NCBI GenBank assembly: GCA_964187785.1
Contig: OZ076409.1
Span: forward strand, 19,718,001 to 19,782,000
DNA: 64,000 nucleotides
Direction of reading: 5' to 3'
Source of the DNA: Amphiscolops sp. MND2022
Taxonomy: Eukaryota
The notes under the pieces are model-generated. The model saw nothing but the letters and a program-made list of their open reading frames with translations. It was not told the origin of the DNA and made no database searches. The position numbers were made by a program, and so were the translations under genes. Of the stretch, positions 1 through 12,502 are shown piece by piece (within the stretch, counting starts at the first letter, position 1; each line of letters opens with the position of its first letter).

Positions 1-2810
1 TCAAATATTTCATATCCAATGAGCACCAAGGATAATCACCACCGATGCAGTACGCCTTCCAAAAAATGTTTCTGCAATTTCCCACATAGGAAGAAAACCT
101 CATAGTGACCCAAAAATCAACAAATTGCTTTGTTTTTTTGCAACTTTTCTACAGTTTTCGAACTGGGTATTGATTGACGACAGAACTCGGTATGCCTTAG
201 GCTTTTTAGAAAAAAACTGTAGGTTTTTGTTAGATAAATTCCTCAAATTGATCTCAAAGTTGTCAAAAAGATCTAAGTTTTCCAATTTTTGACATTTTTG
301 ACGTTATATGTAAAATTATAGCATGCCGAGACCAGGACAAGTCGGAGCCCGCTCAAGTTTCCTATGTATGCTATGGACATTATTTTCAAGTTTTGTTTCA
401 GTTTCTCGGTACCAAAAATACTTCAAGAGTTACACCTGAGACTCGGAAACCACTTTCTCCAACTGGAAATATAAAAAAATCGGAATAGTCCTATACTTTC
501 TACACTGAATTTAGCTATGAGAACGCCCTTTGACCAAATGAAAGTTTCGGAGAGACACAGAACCAGAAAAAAGCTGAAAAAAGTCATTGTCCACAATCTT
601 TAAGAAAACTCATCAGTTCCACAGAATCAAAAAGCAACGAAGACGTCACCCTCAAGACTGGGGAAACATATTTCCTTCACCGATATCCTCAAAAAACCAA
701 AACTTACGTTAACCAAGAAATCCGCTTTAACCACTAGGCCAAGTGCAGTGTGAAGTTACCTGAAAGGTTGAAGATCTTTTGGTAGATATATTTTGGACTG
801 ATCAGGTGTATAGAATAAAAAGCTGACGAAAAGCCATGACTATATTTTATCGCTAAAATCCCGTTCTGTCTCTGAATTTGGATGTTACCAATTAGACCAA
901 GAGCCAATTGATTTGTTCCTTTGGAGTTTGCAGAGAGGTGCATTTGACGTATTGATTTCGAATGACCTGAATAAAATTCAGAACTCAGACTCGTCTTCAA
1001 AAAGCATACCATGGAATTCCATGCAACATGGTTGCAGCATGGAAATACATGGTATTTCATTTTGATAGTTTCAGTTTTGATATTTTAAGTGGACAAGTGG
1101 CTCAATGAAACACCAGTGAATAATACTTAACACTATTTCTGTACTTTCTGCTGCATTAGCATATCTCGCGAGGTTTTTTAATTACATATAAATTGATGTT
1201 ATCGCGATGTTCAAAACTGCGTGGATATGAAATATTGCCGTATATACTGGTGAGAACTTTCAACTTTGATTAAACGACTTTTCGAAAACACTTTACCTTT
1301 CTGTTCTGTGAAGTTTCATAATGCACTTTCATTGAAGTAGTTCAAAAAAATACACCGGAATCAACGACGTAGAATCACAGAAACTAAACTAACATTACCA
1401 TTCAGTAGATGATTATTTGAGCTTTCATAGTCTTATTGATTTTCTTTAGTAGCGAAGCATGACGATTTTCAACATAACTAATTTGAAAAATGAGCGACTT
1501 CAGATTTATCCGTATGAAATTTACGCCTCCACCTAGTTATAACTTTGCTTTACAGAAAAGAATGTTAAATGGTTTGAGGCATTGATCTAAATTTAAGGTC
1601 TCTAAACTCAAGGCATCGGGTGAACGATCGAAAGGCAGTACTTCTACGTATAAGTTGAACGTTAAAGTGGTTAAAGTATAAGATACTAGGAAAAATAACC
1701 GTTACATCGCTGACTTTATCAAGTTTTCTAGATGTTGTCGAAGGTTTTTTGGAACGTTGCCCCAAAGTTGGATATTGAAACTCTTATAACATCAATTTTG
1801 ATTAAAATGTGAAGAACTTGCAGTGGCGCGAAATGCATTCCAGCTCAACATTTAATTTAGAGGCCTTTTCTTATGTACGAACATTAAAAAAAATTGTACC
1901 AGCAAAAATGCGGGCTTCCGTATTTTCCGCCCTGGAAGTATTGAACGGTCATGTGAAACATCTAAAATAAAATCTCAGCTGGAGTTGTATTCTAATAATA
2001 CTTTGCTCCCAGCATGATTCCCATTAGATCCATTGGTTCCGTCAAAAACGCTTGTTTATTTGAAGAATATTCAATTTTTTAATCAGCGCTTTTAAGTGTG
2101 AAAAACATGCTAGTTTTTATGTTAGATGACAAAACTCACACTTATTGATTCGTTTTTTTTTTCAATGGAATTACTGCTCTTCAAAAGCAGGTCAATGAAA
2201 TATTCGTAAAACATCCAAAGAGATCCCCCTCTGCTTTCATGAGTTTTTAAAGCCTTTTTACGATGTTAGAAGTGACAAAATGTTCTCACTTTAATCTTTG
2301 GCATTGTGAAATTTTATTTTAGAAAAAAAATCATTTTCCTTTGATATTTTCTAAACACACGAGATCAAAACGAGCCCAGCTTGAGGTTTTTTTGGGAGAG
2401 GGACGGAACTAGCAGATTCGATAGGTTCATTACGTGCTCATTCCATGAATTAATGTGTTTCTAAACAAAATCATTCGACGAAATAAGCCTCGTTCTACTT
2501 TTAATTTCTTCGACAATGTGTGTGGGGTGTAGAGGCGACGTGAACTTGAAACGCCTGGGTTAAATCGAACTAGATGACAGAAAGTTGTTTACTAACAAAT
2601 TTTAAAGACTCTACCATCTATTTATGCTGAACGTTATTAAGTCTTTTTGTGTTTTTGGCCGTAAGATCTCGTATCTTAACAATGTGAAATTTTTAAAAAA
2701 TGAAACAAACTGGTCATTTGAATTTTTTGTGCGTTAAGCCGGGCGTTTCATTGTTTATCTTAGATTCATTTCGAGCTTTAAATTCTAACAACAAATTGAA
2801 ACAATCGAAA

Positions 2811-2887
2811 ACCTTAAAGATTCAACAAAGCTGCAAATTTCTAGTTATTATAACTAAAAATTTGGAGCTTTGTTGAATCTTTAAGGT
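2811..2887. repeat. 77-bp near-perfect palindrome (MITE-like hairpin) in the last intron of the MFS gene
   Basis: ACCTTAAAGATTCAACAAAGCTGCAAATTTCTAGTTAT pairs with ATAACTAAAAATTTGGAGCTTTGTTGAATCTTTAAGGT with 2 mismatches. Confidence 0.85.
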
Positions 2888-3009
2888 ATACCACTTATGA
2901 TACGCAAAATATCACTATATATTAGTTTGTTTGTAAATTTACAAATAAATTTCCAGCTCGGTTTGTATATTGGTTACAGGTTGTGCACTAATTGCGACTT
3001 GTGTTTCAG

Positions 3010-3200
3010 GGCTAGGATTCTGTAGTTTTGTGGGGGGCTGTGGAATGCTGTTTGTACCAGTGGTCACTGAAATCATCTCCAAGACATCTTCCCGGCTGGC
3101 AACTTCCTTTTTTGTGGGGCTTGCTGGTCTGGGGGCATTCACGGCACTCTCTCTGCCCCTGGAAACGACAGGCCTGCGACTGGGCGAGCTCAATTTGTAA
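3010..3200 (+). CDS. Terminal coding exon of an MFS transporter (SVOP/SLC22-like); upstream exons not identified in the window
   Basis: Acceptor tgtttcag|GG with a CTAAT branch-like motif upstream. Translation GLGFCSFVGGCGMLFVPVV...GLAGLGAFTALSLPLETTGLRLGELNL* gives two hydrophobic helices and an LPxETxG motif, as at the SVOP/SLC22 C-terminus. Confidence 0.75.
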
Positions 3201-4058
3201 AACGACGACCTAGAATGAAACAAATGAAACAATTGTACACAATCCTATCATGTTAATAGCATTTTAATATTGTTGTATTTTGATTGACATTAATATTGTT
3301 AATGTATCCTTGGTGATGAATTATTTAAACTTCAATATTTTTGCCAATGCCATTTTTTCAATCTTATCAATGGTTACGCAACTTGATAACTTTTAAAACC
3401 AAGATCTTTTCAGTCGGCAGTTTTTAGTACAGAAAGTACTTGATTTCTACAGTGACATGTTGTTTTTAGTCGATTGTTTTGAAAAAAACACCGACAATTA
3501 CAGCGAATACTTTTCTCCAGACCACAGAACTTACTGAAAGAGTTCATTGTTACAGCCTTTTGTTTTATCAAGTGGGTACCTCTTTTGGTAACCTGAGTAT
3601 TTTAGTCTGTTAAAGGAACTGAAAGAGATAAAAAAAGTCCACGATTTGATTTTTTTTGATATGAATGATGTATGATATTTTTTGGTTGGACAATTTTCAA
3701 GTTTATATTTTCCAACTTCTTTGAAAAGGCGAAAAAAAATTGATTAAATTTTGTCAAAATTTATAATTTCTAACTTCTGTAATTTTTGACGCAGAACTTT
3801 CAAACGAACAACTTCGTTAACTAATAAAACTCCAAGAACTTCTTGCAGCTGAACAAATTTTGTTTCTGTGACATTTTTCAAGATAGTTGGATTTGAGTTT
3901 TATTTTTTACGCGATATTTCAGAACGCTACTATATATGAAAGTGGAAACTTGATTCATTTCACCTGTTAAGTGCTATTTGTTCATCTTTAATGCAGATGG
4001 TGGGAATAATGGAATAAAATCAATTTTTGTTTTCTTTTTCGGCAATGACGCTAGGTCT

Positions 4059-7000
4059 CTGAGTTGGTTGACCTTCGATGGTCCTTTGATCTTCATCGGT
4101 CTCTAACACCTCCTCTCGATGGGAGGTTGTTGACGAGGGCTGATTTTGGTTGATGATGGCGAAACACTGAGGAAGTGGTGTCGGGTTTTAATGTGTTTAG
4201 CTTGATTGTGGGTGACAGTTCGAGTGCCCCTTGATTTTCACCACACAACAGAACAGGTGTCTTCGCCGTCATCAACCAGAAGAATGTGAGCAAGCTTTGC
4301 AAAAAACTGCTTCCTGTGCAGCCAAAACCAACGAAACTTACTAGGGTTCACAAGAGCTGAGTGCCACACACCCAGGCTTTTTGGAAACCCAAGAGACAAC
4401 ACTGCCAAAACGACCTAGTTTGAAGCAAATCCTGAAGTTGACATGCGCTCATCCTTGTCGGTGACCCGATCGGGTTCCGAAAAACCGAAAAGTTTGAGAT
4501 TTTCTGAGCGGTTATACAAAAGAGATAGAGAATCGATGCCTTTGAGAAAATAAAGAAAGAGAAGGAGTTTCATTGCACAACAATGGGCTTTACCCTTATT
4601 TGACGCAAATCGCGCTAAGGAATAGACAGCAAAGGAAATGTCAGGGCGCCAACAACGGACAAATACATTAGGTTTTCAACTAAGCTGCGATATTGTTTTT
4701 GTTTGCCAAACTCAAGTGAAGTTTCACTACCTTCGAGATGAGGCAGTCCGATTTAGACTGTTTTGTAGGGGGTATAGCTGGCGTACTGACAGGTTTACAG
4801 TCAGACATATGGCTTTTGCGCAAACTGTCATTTATAATGACCGCTGGCTAAGAGAGACGATCGTTTTCCCACGATCATCGATGCTGAATGCATCGCTCAG
4901 TTTCGCTTTGAAGTCATGCGGCAATTTGTCGTTGTTTGAAAAGTACAAAATGTCGTCGGCCCAAACTACAAAAAATTGGGAACTCATAGCAACGGAAAAG
5001 ACAATGATCCTTAGCAGACTGTTCAAATTCGTTCACCAGAAACCACTGGGTTAAGGTTTCGTTCCATTTCCTCCCTGTTTGCTTTAAACCATAGAAGCAT
5101 TTTTGAAGCTTGTAATCAAGTCTTTTAAAACGTAAAAATTAGCGCGCTCTTATTAAGGAATAGTTGTTTTTCCATTGATAAAAAGGCTCAGAGGTCCAAA
5201 GTTCACTTGAGACCCGTTTTGTCTCAACTTGCTAACGCTGCTCAAAATTTGAACATGATCAGGAAGAAAAAGACAGGCGGAAAATGTCACACGACGTTCG
5301 ATCCCATTTTGGTCCAAGAGCAAAATAGAAACTTCTCCAACACCCTCAACTTGCGAAAAGGTCCGGCTCGCAGTTTTTATTTTGCGTTAAGTTTCTTCGA
5401 TAAAGTCGAAGAACAGAGAACAGTACAAAACATGCGAGGAGCACCAGACTCGATGACCAAAATGTGCTCCTTCACCTCGCATTTTCGGCTAGTGAGTGCA
5501 GTCTCACTACCATCGCAAAAAAATAGTAAGTCCTCAGCGAAGTTTGACTTTCCTGTCTCAGGACTTGACCTACGGTTCAAAAGAGGGTTTTTTATTTTCC
5601 GCCCATATTTCATATGGGAAAGGAAAATATTTAAATCGAACGGGTTTTTTTTAACAAAATTTGCTATTTTCCGCCCATTATTCATATGGGAAAGGAAAAT
5701 TTTTAAATCGAACGGGTTTTTTTTTTACAAAATTTGCCAAGAATTTATTTATATCAAAGCTAAAGGGTTTCACCCATAGAATTCAGCTCACATAAATTTA
5801 GCTTCGTGCGATTTGTATTTGTGGAGATTTCCGGACTTTTTTTAGTTGACCTCAAGGACCCCAGAATGACCCCAAAATAACTCGAAAATGACCCTATAAA
5901 AAATTGCATTTTTTTACGTTTTAATGCAATTTTTTCGAGTTTCCGATAAATGTCGTGGAATAGAATGTTGAAAAGGTTCACAAAGACAAGGACTCGTTGT
6001 CCAGTAGTCGTTTATGAAGAGATAAATGCGGTGTTTTGGAAGAAAAAGACCCAAAAATGACAAAGAAAACCAAAAAGTTCCAGATTTTTTACGTTTTTAA
6101 GCAATTTTTGTCAAATTTTCGATAGAATTCGCGGACTAAAATGTTGAAAACGATCAACATGGTACAAGTTTGTTGTCCAGTAGGCGTTTCCGAAGAGATA
6201 ATGGCTGTTTTTTTTGAAAAAGTCTCAAATTGACACCGAAAATGACAAAAGTCCCTAAATTTTCCAATTTTCAATGTTTCTACGCATTTTTCGTCAACTT
6301 TTGGAGACTTCGTGGATTGGAGTGTTTTAAGGGGTCAACGTTGGCTGTCCAGTAACCATTTTGAAGAGTTTATTGTTTTTTTCTAAATTAAAATGTCCCA
6401 AATTGACACCGAAATTGACAAAAAACAACAAAATTTTCCAATTTTCAAAGTAAAGTTTTATGCATTTTTTGTTAAAGTTTCACTGACTTCGTGGATTGGA
6501 ATGTTTTAAAGGGTCAACAATGAACAAATTGGTACGTCCCGTAGTCTTTAATGAAGAGATAATTGCAATGTTCTGATTGAAAATGTCTCGAATTGACACC
6601 GAAAATGACAAAAATCCTAAAAGTTTCCAAATTTCAAAGATTTTAAGCATTTTTTCCAAATTTTTGACAGACTTCGTCAAATGGAATGTTGAAAAGGGTC
6701 AACAAGGGAAATAAGTGTTGTCCAGTATGCTTAGAAAAGAGATAAATGCAGTTTTCAATAGGAAATTGTCCGGAATCGACATCGAAGAAGACAAAATTTC
6801 GAAAAAATATCAAATTCCTTTTTTTTTCACTTTTTGTCAAAATATCGATAGACTTCGTGGACTACAGTGTTTAAACGCTTAAGGCGTGGGCAAACTTGTT
6901 GTTTCGGTGAGCTTTCGTTACGAGATAAGTTCAATTCGTAAAAGAAAAGGGCCTCAAACTGACCTGAGATGTCAAAATTTCGAAGTTTTTGTCGTTTTTG

Positions 7001-7818
7001 ATGCAATTTCTGTAGATTTTTCGAAAAATTTTGTTCTAAGCTCCGCAATCCACTCAACAACGAAAAAACGAGCTATGCAATTTTTTCTTGAAAAAAATAT
7101 TACAGTGTTTTGTTTCTGTATACTTATTATACATATTATACTTTATATCACTTTTTAGTTTTAGATCCAAATTGACTTATTTTTTTTCTCAAATTAGATC
7201 AAATTAGAAGAGTTTTTTGGACCTGACTATTTAGATCAATTCATTTAGATCTCAGTTTTGCCCCTCTTTAGATCTTTTTCTTTAGACCTGATTCCACGTA
7301 GCTCAACCATGCTCTCCGTGGGCTCCAATCGCAGGGTTGTGAACTTCTCCGATAGGTTCATCAACCTCGGTGTTTCTGTGCTGTTGAAGTTTCGCTGCTG
7401 TACGAAGATAAGCTTCAAGTTCACGGAAGCAAAACGGCGGTAACGGACGGCATAAATAGCAAAAATTGTGGTTATCTGAGGCGCAAAAAGCAAAAATTGA
7501 GAACGGGAAATAAATATCAGACGAGCATAGTGAGTAAGCAGAATAAAGGTTTTAAAAAACAAAACTCATTAAATTGCTGTGTCCAAAACCTGTTAGTGCC
7601 TGAACTCTTGATCATGGCTGGAATGTCTGAATATTGAAGACTGATTATTGTCAAAACTTTATTTTGAGATGTGTATGAGAAAGTGATTCAGTCAAGTGAA
7701 GATAAAAAATAACAGGTACACGTTCACAAACAACAATGATAATCTAAATTAGTTCGGTCTGAAATAAACTGAGTTGGTAGACCTTCAATAGTGCATTGAC
7801 CTTCATCGGTTTCTAACA
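4059..7818 (-). mobile_element. Old, degenerate Ty1/Copia LTR retrotransposon interrupted by a HINE
   Basis: 5' LTR 7591-7818 (TGTTAG..CTAAC A) is followed on the minus strand by GGTTTTGGACACAG, a decayed copia PBS (GGTTATGGGCCCAG). Coding remnants: gag (ETPRLMNLSEKFTTLRLEPTESMVE, ~7300-7390), protease (LVIESGA..HMFC, ~5430-5470), RT (VWADDILYF..DDRGK; MSDCKPVSTP), RNase H (CVALSSCE; ENQGAL). PPT GAGAGGAGG abuts a 3' LTR remnant at 4059-4108. Confidence 0.8.
5590..7030 (+). mobile_element. HINE family C copy (duplicated 5' end, 3' end not seen) with a ~175-185-bp tandem array
   Basis: ATTTTCCGCCCATATTTCATATGGG head at ~5595, repeated at ~5666. TGTCCAGTA anchor recurs at ~5998, 6174, 6346, 6719. 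Homologous to 18668-18905 and 60361-61300. Confidence 0.75.
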
Positions 7819-8470
7819 AGATCTAATAGGAGCAAAGACCTAGCGGGAAAGGAGATCGAGAAGCGATCGTAGTGGGAGCTGGTCTTTGCGACGGTGAGGG
7901 CGAGCGTGCCTACACAGCATATTCCCCACATTATATTTTCGCTTTCAGAAAGTCCATGTGGATTGAATTTTCCTTTTTGTTTTTGATGGTCCAGTAAATA
8001 TTTTATACGTTAGGGCATCTTAGTTCTTCAGATCTTAATTACGAATTTTCATAAGATCTTGTTCCTTAAACCTTAGTTATGATCCCCGTTTTCCACGGGC
8101 ATCATCAGATGGAATTTTGCTTCTCAGAGAGTCATTGCTCCTGATTTCACTTATTGCTGATGGGTCGTTCAGAAGCTTTTCAAGGGTGTAGTTTTTTTAT
8201 TTCCTCTATCAGATATCATGGATCTTCGTCATCAATCAAGTGCCATGTGTATCATCATGTTGGGGGGAGAAGACACACACCGATGGTCTGCAACGAAAGT
8301 AGGGGACCCCATACCAGCCACTATACCAGTAGACCAGTAACAAAAAAAACCAACCAACTGACTACTCAAACCAGCCACTATGCAGTCGACCGGTAGAAAT
8401 TTTTTTAAATCTACTATGGAATGAAGGTAAAAACAACTAGGCTATACGTAAGAAATTTCTATTATTTAGA

Positions 8471-11400
8471 TTAAAAAACATCTCTGTCGCTCACAGTTCC
8501 TAGGACACAGGCCGCATTGCCTATCTGAAGAGCCATTGAAATCCGTTGCTTCAAAAAGCTGCCAGCTCGTTGATCGTCGTTCGAAAAACAGAGCATTTTA
8601 CAGAGACGCGTGATGAAAATTTCACTGCTCTCGCCTGAAGAACACTGTACTTCCAAGGCCACCGGCTGAAAAATGTATCCATTGTCTAATAACTCGCGAT
8701 ACTTCTCAAATTCCGCGCTTCGGCCTCAGTGGCAGTGATTCCCGGGTTGCATAAAGAGCCTTGATTCAGGCGACCGGGTGCAAGAGCATCCACAACCGTG
8801 ACATCCCACACCGGGCTGTTCACCCATTTACCAAGGAATCATGGTAACACCGTTTGGGTGTTTGCCATCAGTTCGGTACAGTCCTCGCGGTTCGAGCATT
8901 GAAGGCAAGTCGAGAGATCCCAACGTCTGCTTTATGAGAGAATTGAGAGTAGCGTGACGTGAGAAGCGACCAGCACTCTTGGTGCAAGAAAGACCGTGTA
9001 AGCCGTCCCGTTCATCTCTTTTACCACAGTGGCACGTAAGCGCAACACAGATGTTGGCACCGAGACGCGAACCAATTGAAATTCGAAGTTGCTGATCATC
9101 AAGTTTCATGCCTAGGTTCTTGCAAGGAACGACGTTCAGCCATTGAGACCCGAAATTACCTTGATGAACGTTGAAAAATTTCGAACGTTTGTCATCCATT
9201 GTAGAAATCAACTCTTGGGCGGTTTGTACGAAGACAGGTTGTGTCCGATTTTTTTTGGGTTCCATCGAGAGGACTTTCCTGTTCATTCGTCAATTTCAAC
9301 CATTCCTCAAGCGCTTTTGTAAATGAAACATCTTCGAATGTTTCCGAGAAAATCGTCATGAAAAAGTCACTCGCAACAAAAGCTGAGGCCAAAAAGGCGG
9401 GAAGTGCTAATAATGATGCGGATGAAACCCTAAGACCACCCATCTCAGCAGGCAGAGCCAGCTGAGTACTCGAAATATCGTCGAAGTTCACGTTACACAC
9501 TTTGGAAACACCGACGCGCACGGTTTTGTCATATTTTTCCAGGAGAGCTGGATGATTAAAACATGTACTGGTTCTCAGGAAGTACAACAACTTTGGCAAA
9601 CTGAAGCAATTTTTCAACACAAAAAAACCATTGTGCGCATCTAGTTTTTCAACAATCCCGTTAACTTTTTCCAGCTCAAAAATTTTCTTTTCCAATAAGT
9701 CTGCTTTTGATTTCAGGCCGAGCGGTGAACCAAGAATGATAAGTTCATCTTTCTTTGGTGTTTTGATCCCGGGGCAAAGTTTTTGGAAAGATGCTAAAAT
9801 TGAAGACCGTCGTTTTTCAGTGATGTCATCAAGGAACAATTTCACATTTTTTGGGTTTATTTTTGAGTCCCAGCGTTCTTCCAGCGTCAACAATTTTTTT
9901 GAGATCTTTCAAAACGGTTCGGTAATCATCACTTGAATTTCCATCGTCTAGGTACCATAAGTTTATTTTCGACTCCAAACTGTCAATCAGATCCTGAATG
10001 GAATCCGAAAACAAAGCTGGAGACTCAGGATCTCCTTGCTGGGTCCCTTCACAAGATTCGATTACTGAATCACCGTAAAAAAGAAAACTTGGCTGACTGT
10101 ACCTCGAGTGTGAATACTTATAAACTTCAAGGTGTATTTCAAAAACTTTCTCTAGCATGAATTGCCGGTTTATCGAATTGAAAGCGTTTCCAAAGTAAAT
10201 TTTCAAAATTACGTTTTCTTTGGGCTGAGGGCTTTCTATCAAACAACGGAAAACATGTGAGGCCAATTCAGCGCCCCTTTTGGTGCCTACACCTACTTGT
10301 CGATTTCCATATCTTGCTTGACGTGATTCGAAGACATGGTATCCGGCACATTTTGCGGATAATTGGCGGAAAGTATTGCCTATAGCGATAGGACGAAAGC
10401 CTCCATCGGGCTTTTTTAGCGCAATTAGTTTCGCACCAAAGAAGTACGGCCGAAGTTCGAAAGGAACTTTTCTTTCGAGAATCACATTCACAAGATTTGG
10501 TAAGGCTCTGAGAAAATTCAGTCCAGTTTGCCCGTTCGACTTGCCAGTCAAATCTTTCAAAGTTTGGGGCGAAATGCCATCCAACCTTGCACTAGAGCCG
10601 TTGGGTAAGGACATGAGAGCCTTGTGGACAAAAAAATCCGAGATTGAAAAACAATCGTTATCGGTGGGGTATGGAACAGAGCAAGTTTCCCTCTGCGGAT
10701 GTTTCAGCTTAAGGGCAGCGTAGTTGTTGACCGTGAAATCTGCAATCTTGTCGTCGCCTACTGCCATTTTGATTCCGGCCTTAACATTACCGTTGTCTAA
10801 TTTAGTGCAAATGTAACGCAGTCGTCGATCTAACTTGCTTTTCTGCTGCGGTTTTCTGTCGCGTTTCGGTTTTTTAGGAGTCTGAAAAAAAATTTCGACT
10901 ACTTATGCAACCGTGCTGTTTTTTTCTCCCGACCTTCTCATGAAAAATTCAAACTTCTCAAAAACTGTCCATACGATTTTCACGAAATTTTGCACAGTCA
11001 TTCTACACCCAAAGGGGCCCCTGCGTGTGCAAAGGCATCAAAATTGTATGGCTGGGATGTGAGAAACATAGCCAAATTTAGCCCAAAAATGGCCAAAAAA
11101 CAGCCATTTTTCGACTTTTTTCGATTTTCTCAAAAACTGTCCAAACGGATTAGAACGAAGTTTTCTACAGTTATTCTATACCATATTAGAGTCCTATTTG
11201 TGCAATGGCATTAAAATTGTATGGCTTGGATGTGAGAAACATAGCCAAAATGAGCCCAAAAATGGCCAAAAAACAGTCATTTTTCGATTTTTTTTATTTT
11301 CTTGAACTGTTCATACGATTCGAACGAAATTTTCTACAGTCATTTTCCACCATATTATGGTTCTTTATGTGCACTTTCATTAAATTCGTATTGCTAGGAT

Positions 11401-12026
11401 GTGAGAAACATAGCCAAAGTTAGCCCAAAAATGGCCAAAAAAACAGTCATTTTTCGATTTTTCCGATTTTCTTAAACTGTTCATACGATTCGAACGAAAG
11501 CGAGTCAGAAGGAAAAAGACTTAAGCCGACTCCTTTACCGCATATGCGGCTCTAGTTCTCAATGACACCATCCCGAATACGCTTGTTGATAATTGCACTA
11601 AGTGATGACCGCTGACCTTTACCTCCTCGAGTTGGTTTTTCCAGAAAACAGCTTAGAGAGGAAAGCAGTAAGCACCACAAGGCAATATTTGACGGGGTTT
11701 CAGTAACCGTTTCACAAATATCATTAATTTTGGGTATCAAGTTTTCAGCTAGGGGGATCCGTGAAGTTTTAGGAACTCTTTTCAAGTAAACAACGCCTGA
11801 ATTAAAAAGGGTGTCTGGTCTAAATTTATCATCCTGACACAGGGATTGTGTTCACTGAAGAGCACCTACTACATTTAAATTCGGCAAGACTCCGGGCTTC
11901 AGTTCTTGATAAATTAGCGCATTTTATGTGAACCCATCCGTTGCAAAGCCTACAATTTATCCAGTCGATCAACCCCGAGGGCTTCAGACACTTCGGAGCG
12001 TTGCAGGTTTCGTTGTTTTTCATCAC
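8471..12026 (-). pseudogene. Disrupted single ORF of the CRE element
   Basis: ORF pieces 11829-12026, 11552-11785, 9829-10870, 9192-9893, 8828-9286 and 8471-8662 join through frameshifts, stops and the 10874-11555 insertion. Confidence 0.85.
10874..11555 (+). mobile_element. HINE family D (Helentron-type non-autonomous element) with ~175-bp tandem repeats, inserted in the CRE ORF
   Basis: 5' TTAGGAGTC..TTTCGACT hairpin; 3' subTIR CCGACTCCT, palindrome CCGCATATGCGG, then CTCTAG|TT. Removal restores the CRE frame (GVIE-KKPKR). GGATGTGAGAAACATAGCC occurs three times. Confidence 0.85.
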
Positions 12027-12502
12027 AACTCAACCTCGAAATCTAACCAATTGCAAGAATACCACATTTGGGTGTGTGCTAATCTCCCCCCAAAAAAAAC
12101 AAACAATCACAACAGTGAAGCAATCCGTATATAGAACAAAACCTTGAATTGTTAAAATGAAATAAAAATGGAATTATCTCAATGGGTTGTGATGGTTCTT
12201 TCATCCCGAGTGCAGCGACAAACCAACAAAACAGCGTCAGAGATGTTGTCCAGTTGTCTCAAAATCAAATCATTGCCATCTCTGAAGCTATTCAACAAGC
12301 CGATACAACAATTAGGCTAGTTGGTCACTTTTTCGAATAGGGTGTAGTTGGTCACTTTTTCACAAATTTTTTCGAACCCCGTAATATGTGCGTTAGATTC
12401 CAGCCGTATGCCTAAATTTTTAGACAGGCGTTGAATCGGCTTTTGGAAGTAAATATTTTGTGTTGATTGAAATTTTCTTAGGCGGTATTTTCTTAGGCGG
12501 TA

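Larger units (their letters stand above)
8398..12091 (-). mobile_element. CRE-clade non-LTR retrotransposon (PHD-RT-CCHC-RLE), frameshifted and interrupted by a HINE
   Basis: RT motifs RPIAIG, GTQQGDP, WYLDDG; CHCG..HGLSC zinc knuckle; RLE motifs RH..N, EP.GL..DGKHPNG...PW, WDVTV, F.P.ALE, QRIS.ALQ.GNA; PHD finger 11829-12026; short A-tail at ~8398-8406. Confidence 0.9.

Noticed and set aside
3965..4058. TGTTAAGTGC as the far end of the old Copia 3' LTR
   Set aside because: The intervening sequence does not align with the 7591-7818 LTR and there is no TSD match
7288..7475. Apparent minus-strand host exon splicing to 2939-3209
   Set aside because: 7288-7475 is Copia gag downstream of a PBS, and 2939-3232 is the antisense of the MFS terminal exon
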